Shown in pieces: positions 36,043 through 46,704 of a stretch of 64,000 nt of DNA. The position numbers and the translations under genes were made by a program. This DNA comes from Cyanidioschyzon merolae (Eukaryota). The stretch lies in assembly GCA_000091205.1 (NCBI GenBank), contig AP006494.2, one strand, 5' to 3'. Below the pieces are notes generated by a model. It saw only the letters and a program-made list of their open reading frames with translations, had not been told where the DNA came from and did no database searches. The first letter of the stretch is position 1. Each line of letters opens with the position of its first letter.

Positions 36043-37869
36043 CTAGTGCTCGATGCCTGCTGCCCCGGAAGCACGCGTTATCGAAGTTGCACATCGAAAC
36101 CCTGAAAGCATGAAATCCCGAAGCGCGAGAGCGCGTCCCCAGATACTATCTTCCATGTAGATGACGCGCATCAAGGCGTCGATCACGTCTACTGCTGCGT
36201 GATGTACGGGATACTGCAGCGGCTTTGGAATACGAGTGCGCAGCATCCAGAACCGATCCTGTGTAACACTTTTCATAAGACAGCAGGCGCGCAGCCCCTC
36301 AATACCAGCAAATCGATCGGAACCACTATCTTTCGTACCTCCGAAGGGCAGCGACTGGCATAAATAATTCACGCCAAAATCATTCTCATTCACCATTCCG
36401 ACGAGCAGCTTATTTCGAATCATCGCTGCACGCTTGCGATCAGCAGAGAAGACGCTGCTCCCGAGGCCGTACGCTGAACCGTTCACGATCCGAATTGCCT
36501 CCGCATCACCGTCGAAGGGGGTGATGATCATGACAGGACCGAACACTTCGTTTTGCATGATTCGGCTGTGTAGGGGCACGTCAGTCAAGAGCGTTGGCTC
36601 CCAGTACGAGCGCCCTGCGCGCTTGCCGCCACATAGGAGTCGCGCGCCGTCTTTCACTGCGTCGTTGATCAGTGACTCGAGTTCCCGCAGGGAGGCCTCG
36701 CCCATGGTCATTGCACCGAGATCGACGCCGATACGGAGTGACTGCACGCGCACCTGCATCTCGGCAACGAAACGCTCGTAGCTAGGGCGCTGCACCAGGA
36801 TGCGCTCGATCCCGACACAATTCTGGCCGCTGTTTTGAAAAACACCGCGCATCGCAATATCAAGTGCCTGCTCGAGATCCGCGTCATCACAGACAATAAA
36901 AGCGTCCTTACCGCCGAGCTCCAGGACACAGGGTTTCAGTTGCTCGGCTGCTGCCATGGCCACCTGACGCCCGACTCTCGTCGAACCCGTGAAGAATACT
37001 TTGGCAACACCCTTGTCGACAACGAGCGCCTCGCCGGCGCTGGCGCCGCCAGTGACCAACTGCACCAGTTCCGATGGATGCTTGCAAGCACGAAGCACAT
37101 GCCGCACAAGCTCGACATAGTAGACAGAGCACCAGGAGCTATACTCGCTGCTCTTAACGACGATTGCATTGCCCGCAAACAGGGCCGCTAATATCGGATT
37201 CATGAGGTTGTGGAATGGATAGTTCCACGGCGCAATCGCCGCAATGACACCCAGTGGCTCGAACTGCACCCAGGCGCGTTTATGCATGGTGAGCGGTCCG
37301 ACCGAGCGATACTCGGGAGCCAATGCCCGCTCGCCTTCGCGTAAAAGCCAGCGGATCTTCTCGAGCGTCGTGAGTAGCTCGCCCAGATATGCATCGACGA
37401 ACGTTTTCCCGGTTTCCAGCACGCTAGCCTGCAGGATAGACTCGCGATTCGCCAGAATTGCTTTGCGGAGCGCACGTAGAACTCGGCGCCGCTCAGCAAA
37501 CGACGTCTCTCTCCAGAGTTGCTGGGCATCGGACGCCACTTGAACGCGAGCGCGTACATCTGCCGCACTCTGGTCCAGTACCCATCCTAGCAGTCGACCA
37601 GTTGCTGCCGCCGCGCACCGGTGACAGCGATCGGCTTCGGTTTTCTTTCGACAACAGATGGGTTTTCCGGGTTGATCATCGGCGGTAACAGGAATAAGGA
37701 AAAGGCCGTCCTCCGTGAGGTCCGGCAGGCCCAGTGTCACGCACGGGACGTGCTCTCCGCGTTTGCAGAGCCATCTTGTCAGAATCAAACCAAGCAGCGC
37801 AGACACCAGTGCCGCGATAACGCTCCCACTCGTTAAGGGCAGAGCATGTATGGGTTGGTCAAGGTGCAT
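36043..37869 (-). CDS. Aldehyde dehydrogenase (ALDH superfamily), with N-terminal hydrophobic segment
   Basis: ALDH catalytic motifs FTGSTRVGRQV, LELGGKDAFIV, FQNSGQNCVGIERILV (catalytic Cys) and EVFGPVMII. ORF-track start at 37923 reads through from the adjacent mobile-element end; the first plausible Met is MHLDQPIH at 37869. Confidence 0.85.
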   Translation of the reverse strand: MHLDQPIHALPLTSGSVIAALVSALLGLILTRWLCKRGEHVPCVTLGLPDLTEDGLFLIPVTADDQPGKPICCRKKTEADRCHRCAAAATGRLLGWVLDQSAADVRARVQVASDAQQLWRETSFAERRRVLRALRKAILANRESILQASVLETGKTFVDAYLGELLTTLEKIRWLLREGERALAPEYRSVGPLTMHKRAWVQFEPLGVIAAIAPWNYPFHNLMNPILAALFAGNAIVVKSSEYSSWCSVYYVELVRHVLRACKHPSELVQLVTGGASAGEALVVDKGVAKVFFTGSTRVGRQVAMAAAEQLKPCVLELGGKDAFIVCDDADLEQALDIAMRGVFQNSGQNCVGIERILVQRPSYERFVAEMQVRVQSLRIGVDLGAMTMGEASLRELESLINDAVKDGARLLCGGKRAGRSYWEPTLLTDVPLHSRIMQNEVFGPVMIITPFDGDAEAIRIVNGSAYGLGSSVFSADRKRAAMIRNKLLVGMVNENDFGVNYLCQSLPFGGTKDSGSDRFAGIEGLRACCLMKSVTQDRFWMLRTRIPKPLQYPVHHAAVDVIDALMRVIYMEDSIWGRALALRDFMLSGFRCATSITRASGAAGIEH

Positions 37870-37882
37870 CACCTTGACACTA

Positions 37883-40312
37883 CAGTAGTGGCGAGAAGCC
37901 CGCCCTAGACAAGGCGCCGCCAACTAACGTGCAGACGCCTCGCAGTTTTTTTGGACCGGCCATCGACTACTGCTTCCACCTTTTTCTCATATGGTTCGAC
38001 TTTAAGTGATTGTCCAACAAAGTTCCCTCTTGTCAGCTCTGGAGGTCTCGTCTCCAGCACCGCACATTTCCTTATATTGATCGCGGCGATAAAGTCTCGA
38101 TTCAAAAACTCCATACGTTTCTTGCCATCAATGGTTGTGCTAACCAATACGAGTAGCCCTCGAACTTTCGCCATCCTTTCCATTTCCTCTTCCGTCAGCG
38201 GTCCGTGCTTTGCTATATCTTCAGGGCTCCTCTAGCGCCTTTCCATCTCGACCCTTTGAAGTGTACACCCCAGTTCATGGTGTGTAAACGTCGTTCGGAA
38301 CTCATCTACAGGTATCGTAACAAAACGCCTTGTGCACTCCTTGTGCACCCTCGTCGTTGGAGCTGGTGTACACCCTTTTTGTGTCTTCCAGCGCCCTGCT
38401 CCGTACGCTACTACGAGCCTTTGAATTTCATTCTCCTGCAAGGCGCTCAACTGATTGCGAAAATTCGCGAACGCGCGCTGCCTCCCACCGTATAGATTCA
38501 TTCGCAGACGAGCCCACCGGGGCTTGGTATACTCCTCCCACAGCGCATCCCGATGCGCAATGCGAAATTCCATGAACTCCCGAAAAGCTTCAAAGTCCGC
38601 TCCGCGGCTCGTCACCTCGCTCAAAGCTTCCAGGTGCTCTTTCACTCCTGCGTTCCACGTCTCGATTTTCTTCCTCGCATTCCTTATACCGGATTCTCGA
38701 TCGTATCACGCTCTCGAGAATCTCAACAGACGCATGTCTTTCTGACGCAAGTTACCGTCAGCGCCATCTTCCGCACGCTTGGGAGCAGCGATGGCTATGA
38801 TATTCGTATTCCCAGGGTCCGCGCCAACGACAAAGTCGTTATCCTGGACTTTCTGCGTCTCAATACCCGCCTCCTTCTTTTCTTCATGCTTCGTCGCGTC
38901 AACCGTAAAGTCGTTATCCTGTACTTCCTGCGTCGCAGCACCAGCCTCCTCCTTTTCTTCATCCTTCGTGACGGGTGCAGCCGGGGACGGAACTGGACGA
39001 TCTGTCTTCAAGCGCCGATAGTGTACACATATATATGGATACTCCATCGGTTTCGATCACACCAGTGAATACCTTTTGTTTGCTGACTTTGAGACGTTTG
39101 AAATTGAAGATGTTCTTCCAATACGTCTCCCGGTTTTCGCCGGTAAACTCCTCCCTGCTAACATTGAACTCTGGACTGATCTCCCTCATGATGCCACGAA
39201 GGATTCTGGAATCGATAGTCACGAAATGTGACGTGATGTTGCACATTGGAACCACGCTGATGCGCTTACCAATTAGGACAGCCTTCCGTCTCTCCCACTC
39301 TCCATTTGTCTCTTCACTCAGCATCACCTCTGCCTTGCACTCGAGTTCTCGGTCCAGAAACACAAAATAGCGCAGGATGAGGCGATAGTATCTTTCCTGA
39401 TCTTTTTCAGCTCTGATATCTTGTCTGTTGGATTCGCCAGCCCCAGTACAGCACGATGTTCTTGTATCACCGCACGGATTACAGAGGCTTCATTCGTGCT
39501 CCTGCGCGACTTCTTCTTGTCGACGGATTCGATCTCATGTTCACGCTTGCGATGCTTCGTGATGCCATTGATAATCGACCATATCCCCTTGCGAGAGATG
39601 CCAGGGTACAGCGCAGACACGGCGCGTATCATGAATCGTTCGAGATTCATTATCGAATGGTTCCTCAGGTTCGTGAGGTACTTCATCGCCCCATAGTCTT
39701 AAATACCCCAGTCACCCTTGATTCGAATACCCTCGAAGCTGTAAAAGGGATGTTTTTCGTGGAGGGCATCTACTAGCTCATTTTTCCTCCGCGCTTCCTC
39801 TGTACCAAGCATCAGGCGACTAAGAAACGTCTTGTCGCAAAACTCGTCTGGAATCTCGACCGTTTCCATGTGCGTCACGTCTTCGTACATCTCCCTCACC
39901 AAATGCATCAGTCCTAGCGACGCATTGACAATACTCTTCGAGTACGAGTCGACACGTGTTTCGATAGCGTCTCGCAACTTTTCCTTGTAGGGATCCTTGA
40001 TATGTCCAAGAAGAAAGGTTTGCACAACCATCTCGTCGGACAGTTGTCTTTCCCGCAGCCTTCGACGTAGGGCCTCCCCCTTTCGGTCCTTCTTCTCTTC
40101 CTTTTCTTCTGGACTCGGCACTGTTTTTTGTTTTTTTCTGGCAGCCGGCGACCCTGGGCCTCCAGGATCGTCAACTTGCATTTTCATGACTTTCCTTTTT
40201 TGTTTTTTGAAAAAGGACGCCCTTTGAACGCTTCTGTTATATACTGCTAATAATCAATTGAATATTTTTACTTGAGGTTTGAAACAAAATGAACTGAAAA
40301 ACTGTACTTGTC
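37883..40312 (-). mobile_element. Copy A of a ~2.4-kb repeated element encoding a TnpB/Fanzor-like RuvC nuclease (minus orientation); its 3' end lies 14 bp upstream of the ALDH start codon
   Basis: Near-identical to copy C (53069..55497) and to the 3' 1.3 kb of copy B. 5' boundary set where similarity to copy C ends, 3' boundary where similarity to copy B ends. Confidence 0.65.
37905..40187 (-). pseudogene. TnpB/Fanzor-like nuclease gene, copy A, disrupted (TAC>TAA nonsense near 39690; 1-nt deletion in an A-run near 39330 shared with copy C; in-frame TGA and TAG shared by all copies)
   Basis: Six successive ORF segments (39699..40187, 39324..39686, 38959..39363, 38706..39047, 38232..38645, 37905..38183) that concatenate into one TnpB-like protein: NLS-like N-term, FVVGADPGNTNIIAIAAP (RuvC-I), VVAYGAGRW...PVDEFRTTFTHHELGC, NRDFIAAINI (RuvC-III-like). 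Confidence 0.6.
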
Positions 40313-42391
40313 TATAAAGTTAAAGAAAATACAACTTTTACATTAGATCTACATGCTAGAGATCAGGATCACGTTCCCCTTCAACGGCGACATGTGCGTC
40401 GTGTCTCATGCCTGCCTGATCTCCCAGGCGTGCTCACCGAGCGCGATGCAAACTAGTCGCAAACTATTTATCAAAGAACAACTATCTTAAAGCCCCACAC
40501 ATTACGTCCGCCTAAGAGGTCTAGTTTTTCCGGAGAAGCTCTGAAAGTGGGTCAACGCGGGGTGTTCGAGCGACGGCGAAGGAAGCCCACGCCAGGGACC
40601 TTTACCGCAACGAACGGAGGGGCAGAGGCAGTAGCAGCAGAGAATGATGACGAGAGTTCTGAGTAGTCATCCGCCCCTCCGGAAACAACGCTGCAGGTTC
40701 GGGCGCAATTCCTGGATCAATCCTCGGACTCGGGCTCAGTATTACCTCCTACCATGGGTGCCAACCTCAACTTTGGAAACAATCTCGGCGGATGCTTTGG
40801 AAGACGGCTGGCAGTATGTTCACTGCCGAAGCTGGAACAAACGACTTGCCCGCCCATGTGTTTTGGGAGCGGATACGTAGCCGCTGAAAGGGTGGTTCAC
40901 AGAGTATCCCCAGTGGTTGAAGGTTGCTCCACGCGTTCGGCAGCGTAACGGTTGCATTCGAATCGACCTTGACTAGAGTACTTCTGATTCTACGCTAGCG
41001 CTGCGCCAAGCACTCAGTGAACGACTGGAATGCACGAGGCGCTTGTGGCATGTGCACTCACACACCCCGTGGAGGGTGCATCTAAATCGACGACGTATCT
41101 CTCGAGTACCGCAGCACTATTCCCATTCCCGTACGCGCTACGACTCGATAGGTTTCGCATCATGGAATATTTGCGGGATAGCCTCGGAATTGAACTACGA
41201 GATATCGAATTACCAGTACAGTAAAGAGGAACTGATACAAATCGAGGACTCTGCAATAGGAAAAGAGACCCAGCGGGATACGGAGAAGGAGACACAAAGG
41301 CCTCATGATCCACCTAGATGCAAAATAACCAGAGAAAGCAGCTCAGGAAAGAGCCCGAAGAAGACGAAGAAGACCAACAAGAAGAAACAGAAGAATAGAA
41401 AGAAGAGCTCCCGAACGAGCCCATCATGAGTGATCCCCTGAAAGAGCACCCCAGCGGGAACTCAAGAAAGCTGCCGCCAAACTCAATCACCTACTCACAG
41501 CGCTGAAGATCCGAAAAGCCATGCATGCAAGCCTTTAGACCAATTGGCACGCGAGTATGTATATGGGAATCAGAAGATTGCCAGAGAACTGGGACTGCTT
41601 GCACCAGAACGCAACAGTTGCAAACCTCGGTACCTGAAACGACGTACCAAAACTCGGAATGATGAATGCCACCGACTCTATAAGATCGTCAACCGCACCG
41701 CCATACGTGCCAACGCTGGAGACAAGGAAGCGAAAGCAGCGCTACCGGCGCTACAGGCGCAACATGAGGAAGCTATCAAAAGAAAGAAGAAACGTTCCAG
41801 AGAAGACAAACGAGAGGATCGAAACCGCAAAATCGCCTCCCTGACGGAATCTATGCTAGAGAGCACCAACGAAGATGAGACCTGACGCTCCATTCGATCG
41901 AGACTGGACGCACCAGAAAAGTGCTTGGGGCTCACACCAATCGTTCATAAGGAATCGCTGAGGACGGAGAGTGCCTCAGTGAATGAGACCGGGATAGACC
42001 ACGGGACAGAGCTGCATGAAGAAGCAACTGGGCACTGCCAAGACCCAGTCCATTGGTACCAATATGCTGCAGAACTACCGCGCCTCGAACATTACCAGCA
42101 CATGAATCGTTCCAGTGCAAACTACAGATATGATGCGAAAAATATCAATCGTGAAATGAGACAGTGTCGAGCGTCAGCGCACGCAGCACTGCCGCATAGA
42201 CCCACAGCGTCTAGCGACGAGCATCGCCCCAGTCTATCGCACGCGCCGCCGCGAAGATCCGGCACCGCAGGCCGCCGACGTGGGCGTGTCTGCGGCATCG
42301 GCTAGCTTCCAAGCGCCTTCAGCAAGCGCGGCCTCTGCTCCTGTTGCCGCTGCCGCTCGTGGTAAACGTACGTTACCGCACTTTGTGGGGC

Positions 42392-44002
42392 ATGTCGCTC
42401 GTTTTTGATGAGTATGGTAGACCGTTTATTATTTTCAAGGATCAAGACAGAAAGGTCCGGACGAAGGGCTTAGAGGCGATTCGGGCGAACGTTGCCGCAG
42501 CGACGGCCGTATCGCGCACCCTGCGAAGCTCGCTGGGTCCGAACGGCATGGATAAGCTGCTGGTTTCCGCCGACGGTGACGTTACCGTTACAAACGACGG
42601 TGCAACAATTCTGAAAGAAATGAACGTGAGCAATGAAGTTGCGAAACTTATGGTTGATCTGGCAAGCGCACAAGACGATGAGATCGGTGACGGCACCACT
42701 GGCGTCGTCGTGCTAGCAGGGGCCCTGCTCGAGCAAGCGCAACAGCTCCTGGACCGAGGCATGCACCCGTCAAGAATAAGTGACGGCTTCGATCGTGCGT
42801 GCGCGATTGCTGTGGATCATCTGGAAAAGATCGCCCAAGTTATGGAGCACACCAAGGCGGACACGTCACAACTGGTGCGGGCGGCAGTAACTGCGCTCAA
42901 CTCCAAGGTCGTCAAGCGTCATAGTGAGGCACTGGCACACGTGTGTGTGAAAGCGGTGCTTGCAGTTGCGGATCTCGAGCGACGTGACGTGAACTTGGAC
43001 TTGATCAAAATCGAAGGCAAAGTGGGCGGGCGCCTCGAGGACACGATTTTTGTCGACGGCATTGTCATCGACAAGGACATGTCGCACCCGCAGATGCCCA
43101 AACAAATAACCGATGCCAAAATCTGCATCCTGACGACTCCCTTTGAACCTCCCAAGCCGAAGACGAAGCACCGCCTCGAGATAAGCAGCGTCGAGCAGTA
43201 TCGCGAGCTGCAGCATGCTGAACAAGAATACTTCACGAACATGGTTAAACGAGTCAAAGACAGCGGTGCAAACCTGGTTATATGTCAGTGGGGTTTCGAC
43301 GATGAAGCCAATTCGCTCTTGTACCAGAATGGTATCTGTGCAGTTCGCTGGGTCGGCGGTGTCGAGATCGAGCTCATCGCGATGGCCACAGGCGGCCGCA
43401 TCATTCCGCGCTTCGAGGAGATCACTCCTGAGAAGCTCGGCCACGCTGCATCCGTCCGTGAGTTACATTTCGGGACGACACATGACAAGGTCATTGTCAT
43501 CGAAGGGTGCCGTAGCACCCGCGCAGTCACCATTTTGGTGCGCGGTGGCAATAAAATGGTGCTCGAGGAGACCAAGCGCAGCCTGCATGATGCGCTCTGC
43601 GTTGTACGCAACCTCATTCGGGATCAGCGGGTTGTGTGCGGCGGTGGTGCGTCTGAGATTGCTGGCGCTATCGCCGTAGCCGAGGCGGCGGATTGTTGCC
43701 TCGGACCCGAGCAGTACGCGATGCGAGCCTTTGCCGAGGCACTGGACTCGATCCCTATTGCCCTCGCTGAGAACAGCGGTCTGTCGCCCATTGAGACTCT
43801 GTCGAGTGTTCGCGCCCGTCAAATCGCTGAGCGCAAACCGTATTACGGCATCGATTGTCTCGGAATCGGCACGATGGATATGCGTGAGCAGAACGTTTAC
43901 GAAACACTGGAGAGCAAGAAGCAACAATTCCAGCTTGCGACGCAGCTATGTAAGATGATTTTGAAAATTGACGATATGCTCCAGCCGAATTCGTTGAGCT
44001 AA
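42392..44002 (+). CDS. CCT5: T-complex protein 1 (CCT/TRiC) subunit epsilon
   Basis: Collinear with CCT5 along full length: [94 protein letters not shown]. True start MSLVFDEYG at 42392 (ORF track begins 42344). Confidence 0.9.
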   Translation: MSLVFDEYGRPFIIFKDQDRKVRTKGLEAIRANVAAATAVSRTLRSSLGPNGMDKLLVSADGDVTVTNDGATILKEMNVSNEVAKLMVDLASAQDDEIGDGTTGVVVLAGALLEQAQQLLDRGMHPSRISDGFDRACAIAVDHLEKIAQVMEHTKADTSQLVRAAVTALNSKVVKRHSEALAHVCVKAVLAVADLERRDVNLDLIKIEGKVGGRLEDTIFVDGIVIDKDMSHPQMPKQITDAKICILTTPFEPPKPKTKHRLEISSVEQYRELQHAEQEYFTNMVKRVKDSGANLVICQWGFDDEANSLLYQNGICAVRWVGGVEIELIAMATGGRIIPRFEEITPEKLGHAASVRELHFGTTHDKVIVIEGCRSTRAVTILVRGGNKMVLEETKRSLHDALCVVRNLIRDQRVVCGGGASEIAGAIAVAEAADCCLGPEQYAMRAFAEALDSIPIALAENSGLSPIETLSSVRARQIAERKPYYGIDCLGIGTMDMREQNVYETLESKKQQFQLATQLCKMILKIDDMLQPNSLS

Positions 44003-44228
44003 AGAAATCAATTCCCTCGTCTCTGCGCTCACTGTACATGCGATTTGGCTCATACGCTGAGACCGCTGCACAAAACCCCAAGATCGCTAGCATCCGCGCT
44101 CCCTTGGCCATGCAACGCTTTCGAGCGCTGCAGCGGTGTTGCCAGGTCACGAAGGTCACGTAACGCTTCTGACCGCGTTTTCGTTATGCGCAACCGATCG
44201 TACCTGTTATCTCACCAGATTCGGCAAC

Positions 44229-45632
44229 TTAGTCTTGCTCTGGTGTATCTTCAAGTAGACGTCGAACCTCTTCGGCGAGCATGTCAGCATCTTGGCCGGG
44301 AGGCAGTGTCATGGACTCGGTACCTGCCACGTCGAGAAGATCTTCCACATTAACGTACTGCGAGAGGTCGAAGTCTTCCTCGGGAGCACCCGCTCCTGGA
44401 TGCATGCTTTCTGTTGCCGCCTCTGTATCCATGCCTGGATTGGGCTCGTTCTCATCATCGAGTAAAAGGATGGAGGGGCCTTTCGGACGCGAGTCGGCAA
44501 TGTCCGTCGGCATCGCTGGCGGTCCATCAGGTTGAAGCTGCCGATTGACTGCGGTGTTGCTCGACTCATCCCAAGCCGGTGCTTCGCCGCTCGGCAGGCC
44601 GGTGTCACGCTCCGCGTCGCTTGAGGTGGAGACCACTGCAACCGTCGGGTTCGCGGTGTTCCTCAGGGCCATATTGGCCATCTGGAGCTGCGCCATGAGG
44701 TTGCGAATGAGCTCAATCGATTCGGGGTGAGCGTTCCGTAGCACCAGCGACTGGGACGTGGGCGTCAGCGATTGCGGTTGCTGGCCCTGCAGCGGCGGCG
44801 AGGACGGCGGGTACGACTCCACCACGCTGTCGGTCATGAGCTCCCCGGTATCCCCCTTATACTCAATGCTGCCTATTGAGCGACCCGCTGTGCCTGCCAC
44901 CGGCTCGGTGGGCACGTTCATCAACCGCTTGCGTTTCCGTTCATCCAATTTGATCCCGTGTTGTTGCAGCAGCAACTGGAACGACTGGTAAATGAATTGC
45001 TTCATCTGTTCGACGCTGCTCTCTAGCTGTTGAATGCGTTGCTCACTGTATCGGAGTTTGCGCTCGAGTTCTATTTGGCGATGCCGCGAAGCCAGCAGCT
45101 CCTGCAGAAGCAGCTTCTTGTCGCGGCGGAGCAGCTCTACGTCCGGAGCACTGACGGAGCTATCCGGCCCGAACCCGTAGTTGCCGATCTCAAGTGCTGC
45201 GGTGTGTGGCGGGCTCGACTCTTTCCGCACCAGCGTTCTTGATGGTCGTCGACGCGTCACTTTGGAGAGCCACTCTGGATGATCTCGCACAAAGTACCGG
45301 TTCCCAAACACAAAGTGATCGCTGTCCAGCTTGCGAAAGCCGTATTGGTTCAGTTGTCGAGCGAAACTGGTAAAGTTACTGTGCTTGAAGTAACGCGGCA
45401 GAACCGTCCGGGCGAACTCACTGGGTAAATGAACTTGAAACGAAAGTCCATCGTCCCTCCAGGAGATGAGGTCGTCGGTAGCCGGATCATCGACCATAGC
45501 CCGCAACTTGGTGACAAACGGAGGCATCAGCGCTTTCTCCCACGCCGCCTCGATGGAGGACAACTCACTCGAATCTCGAGGAGGTCGGGAGGCAGCCTCT
45601 CCATGTACACTGTTGGTTACACTCTCTGTCAT
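44229..45632 (-). CDS. HSF: Heat shock transcription factor (HSF-type winged-helix DNA-binding domain plus coiled-coil oligomerisation region)
   Basis: HSF DBD signature FVTKLRAMVDDPATDDLISWRDDGLSFQVHLPSEFARTVLPRYFKHSNFTSFARQLNQYGFRKL; followed by heptad-repeat region (ELERKLRYSEQRIQQLESSVEQMKQFI). Confidence 0.8.
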   Translation of the reverse strand: MTESVTNSVHGEAASRPPRDSSELSSIEAAWEKALMPPFVTKLRAMVDDPATDDLISWRDDGLSFQVHLPSEFARTVLPRYFKHSNFTSFARQLNQYGFRKLDSDHFVFGNRYFVRDHPEWLSKVTRRRPSRTLVRKESSPPHTAALEIGNYGFGPDSSVSAPDVELLRRDKKLLLQELLASRHRQIELERKLRYSEQRIQQLESSVEQMKQFIYQSFQLLLQQHGIKLDERKRKRLMNVPTEPVAGTAGRSIGSIEYKGDTGELMTDSVVESYPPSSPPLQGQQPQSLTPTSQSLVLRNAHPESIELIRNLMAQLQMANMALRNTANPTVAVVSTSSDAERDTGLPSGEAPAWDESSNTAVNRQLQPDGPPAMPTDIADSRPKGPSILLLDDENEPNPGMDTEAATESMHPGAGAPEEDFDLSQYVNVEDLLDVAGTESMTLPPGQDADMLAEEVRRLLEDTPEQD

Positions 45633-46048
45633 GGTTTGTGTTCAAGAAAGAAAAGTTTCCCCGGAAACCCAAAACAATCAACGAGTAAGAGGGTATCGAA
45701 TAACGTCAAGATGTTCGCCGCTCGGGAGCTTTCAACTGGATTCTGTTCCGAGCGTGCTGCGTGCAATCCACTGTTTTTTCTCAGGGTAGCGCAAGAGATC
45801 GAAATCACGATGCAAAGTATCTTATGGAGCTGGGATGGGTTGCCTGTAGGATGTATATTCTTTAGTGAAGTGCCCATGGAGGACTGCATTCATCGTTCAG
45901 GTCAGTCATAGCTCAGTACGCATATGGTTGAGGAACACTGAAAGAATGTAGCGTATGCGGTCCGCGTAAAAACTGATATTCCTTAAAGACAGTTTGCGGT
46001 CAGTGGTAGAAAACGAACAGTTCATCATCTTATGGAAAGCAAAAAGCG

Positions 46049-46620
46049 ATGACAGTAGCCACGACGGGCATCCCTGTTTCTCAACAGCTTGTGCGTCTGG
46101 TCATGAAAACACTGAGAGACAGTCGGAAAGACAGAGTCATCGTTCAAGCATGGCCATCTGCCACTGAAATTGCAATGATAGCGTTCCTGGAAGCTCGCGA
46201 TTGGCATAAAGCACAGAAACGTCGGTTTATTTTCTCAGTTGATGGTGCTTGCTTCGGACGAAAAGGTCGGAGCGTATATGGATATTCGCATAGCAGGTAG
46301 CCTATTGAATGTACGATCGAACTCAAAAAGAACGATGACATCATCTGTTCTGGCGGGACGGATTCATCGGCGGCCTCAGTTTCGATCGTAGAGAAGGCTC
46401 ATCGAACAGCACCCATTTCGTCGAACCATTGTCGACGTTTCCCTGGCGTCTGGCGACGTTTTGCTAATGGACAACGCGGTATTTCATCAGTCCCCTTGCG
46501 TTCGCGGTTTTGCCGATGCTTTCGGGGAAGAGAGCTGATTTACATTCGCCCTTATTCCCCGTGGTTAAACCGCATCGAAGGAGCGTTTTCTATCGTAGAA
46601 AGGAATGATCTCTGCATTGG
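46049..46620 (+). pseudogene. Degenerate Tc1/mariner-superfamily DDE transposase remnant (frameshifted)
   Basis: Fragments RFIFSVDGACFGRKGRS (second-D region) and LLMDNAVFHQS...IYIRPYSPWLNRIEGAFSIVE, the characteristic DNAxxH...PPYSPDLNPIE C-terminal catalytic region, spread over different frames. Confidence 0.45.
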
Positions 46621-46704
46621 GTGAATCGCTGATGCGTTCAGCACACGGTGACACACCGGGGCACATGTCGTCTCTCTTCCGCAAGTGATTCACCCTGAGG
46701 GAAG

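Noticed and set aside
4455-36110. 17-mer CATCGAAACCCTGAAA shared between 4455-4475 and 36084-36100
   Set aside because: A single exact 17-mer repeat is within chance expectation for 64 kb, and the second copy is inside the ALDH coding region.
37905-37923. ORF-track N-termini MAAPCLGRASRHY (ALDH) and MATPCIGRASRHYY (49044 ORF) as real protein starts
   Set aside because: They are identical because both are translated from the shared 3' tail of the mobile element. The 49044 ORF begins at a TTG. True starts were reassigned to downstream ATGs.
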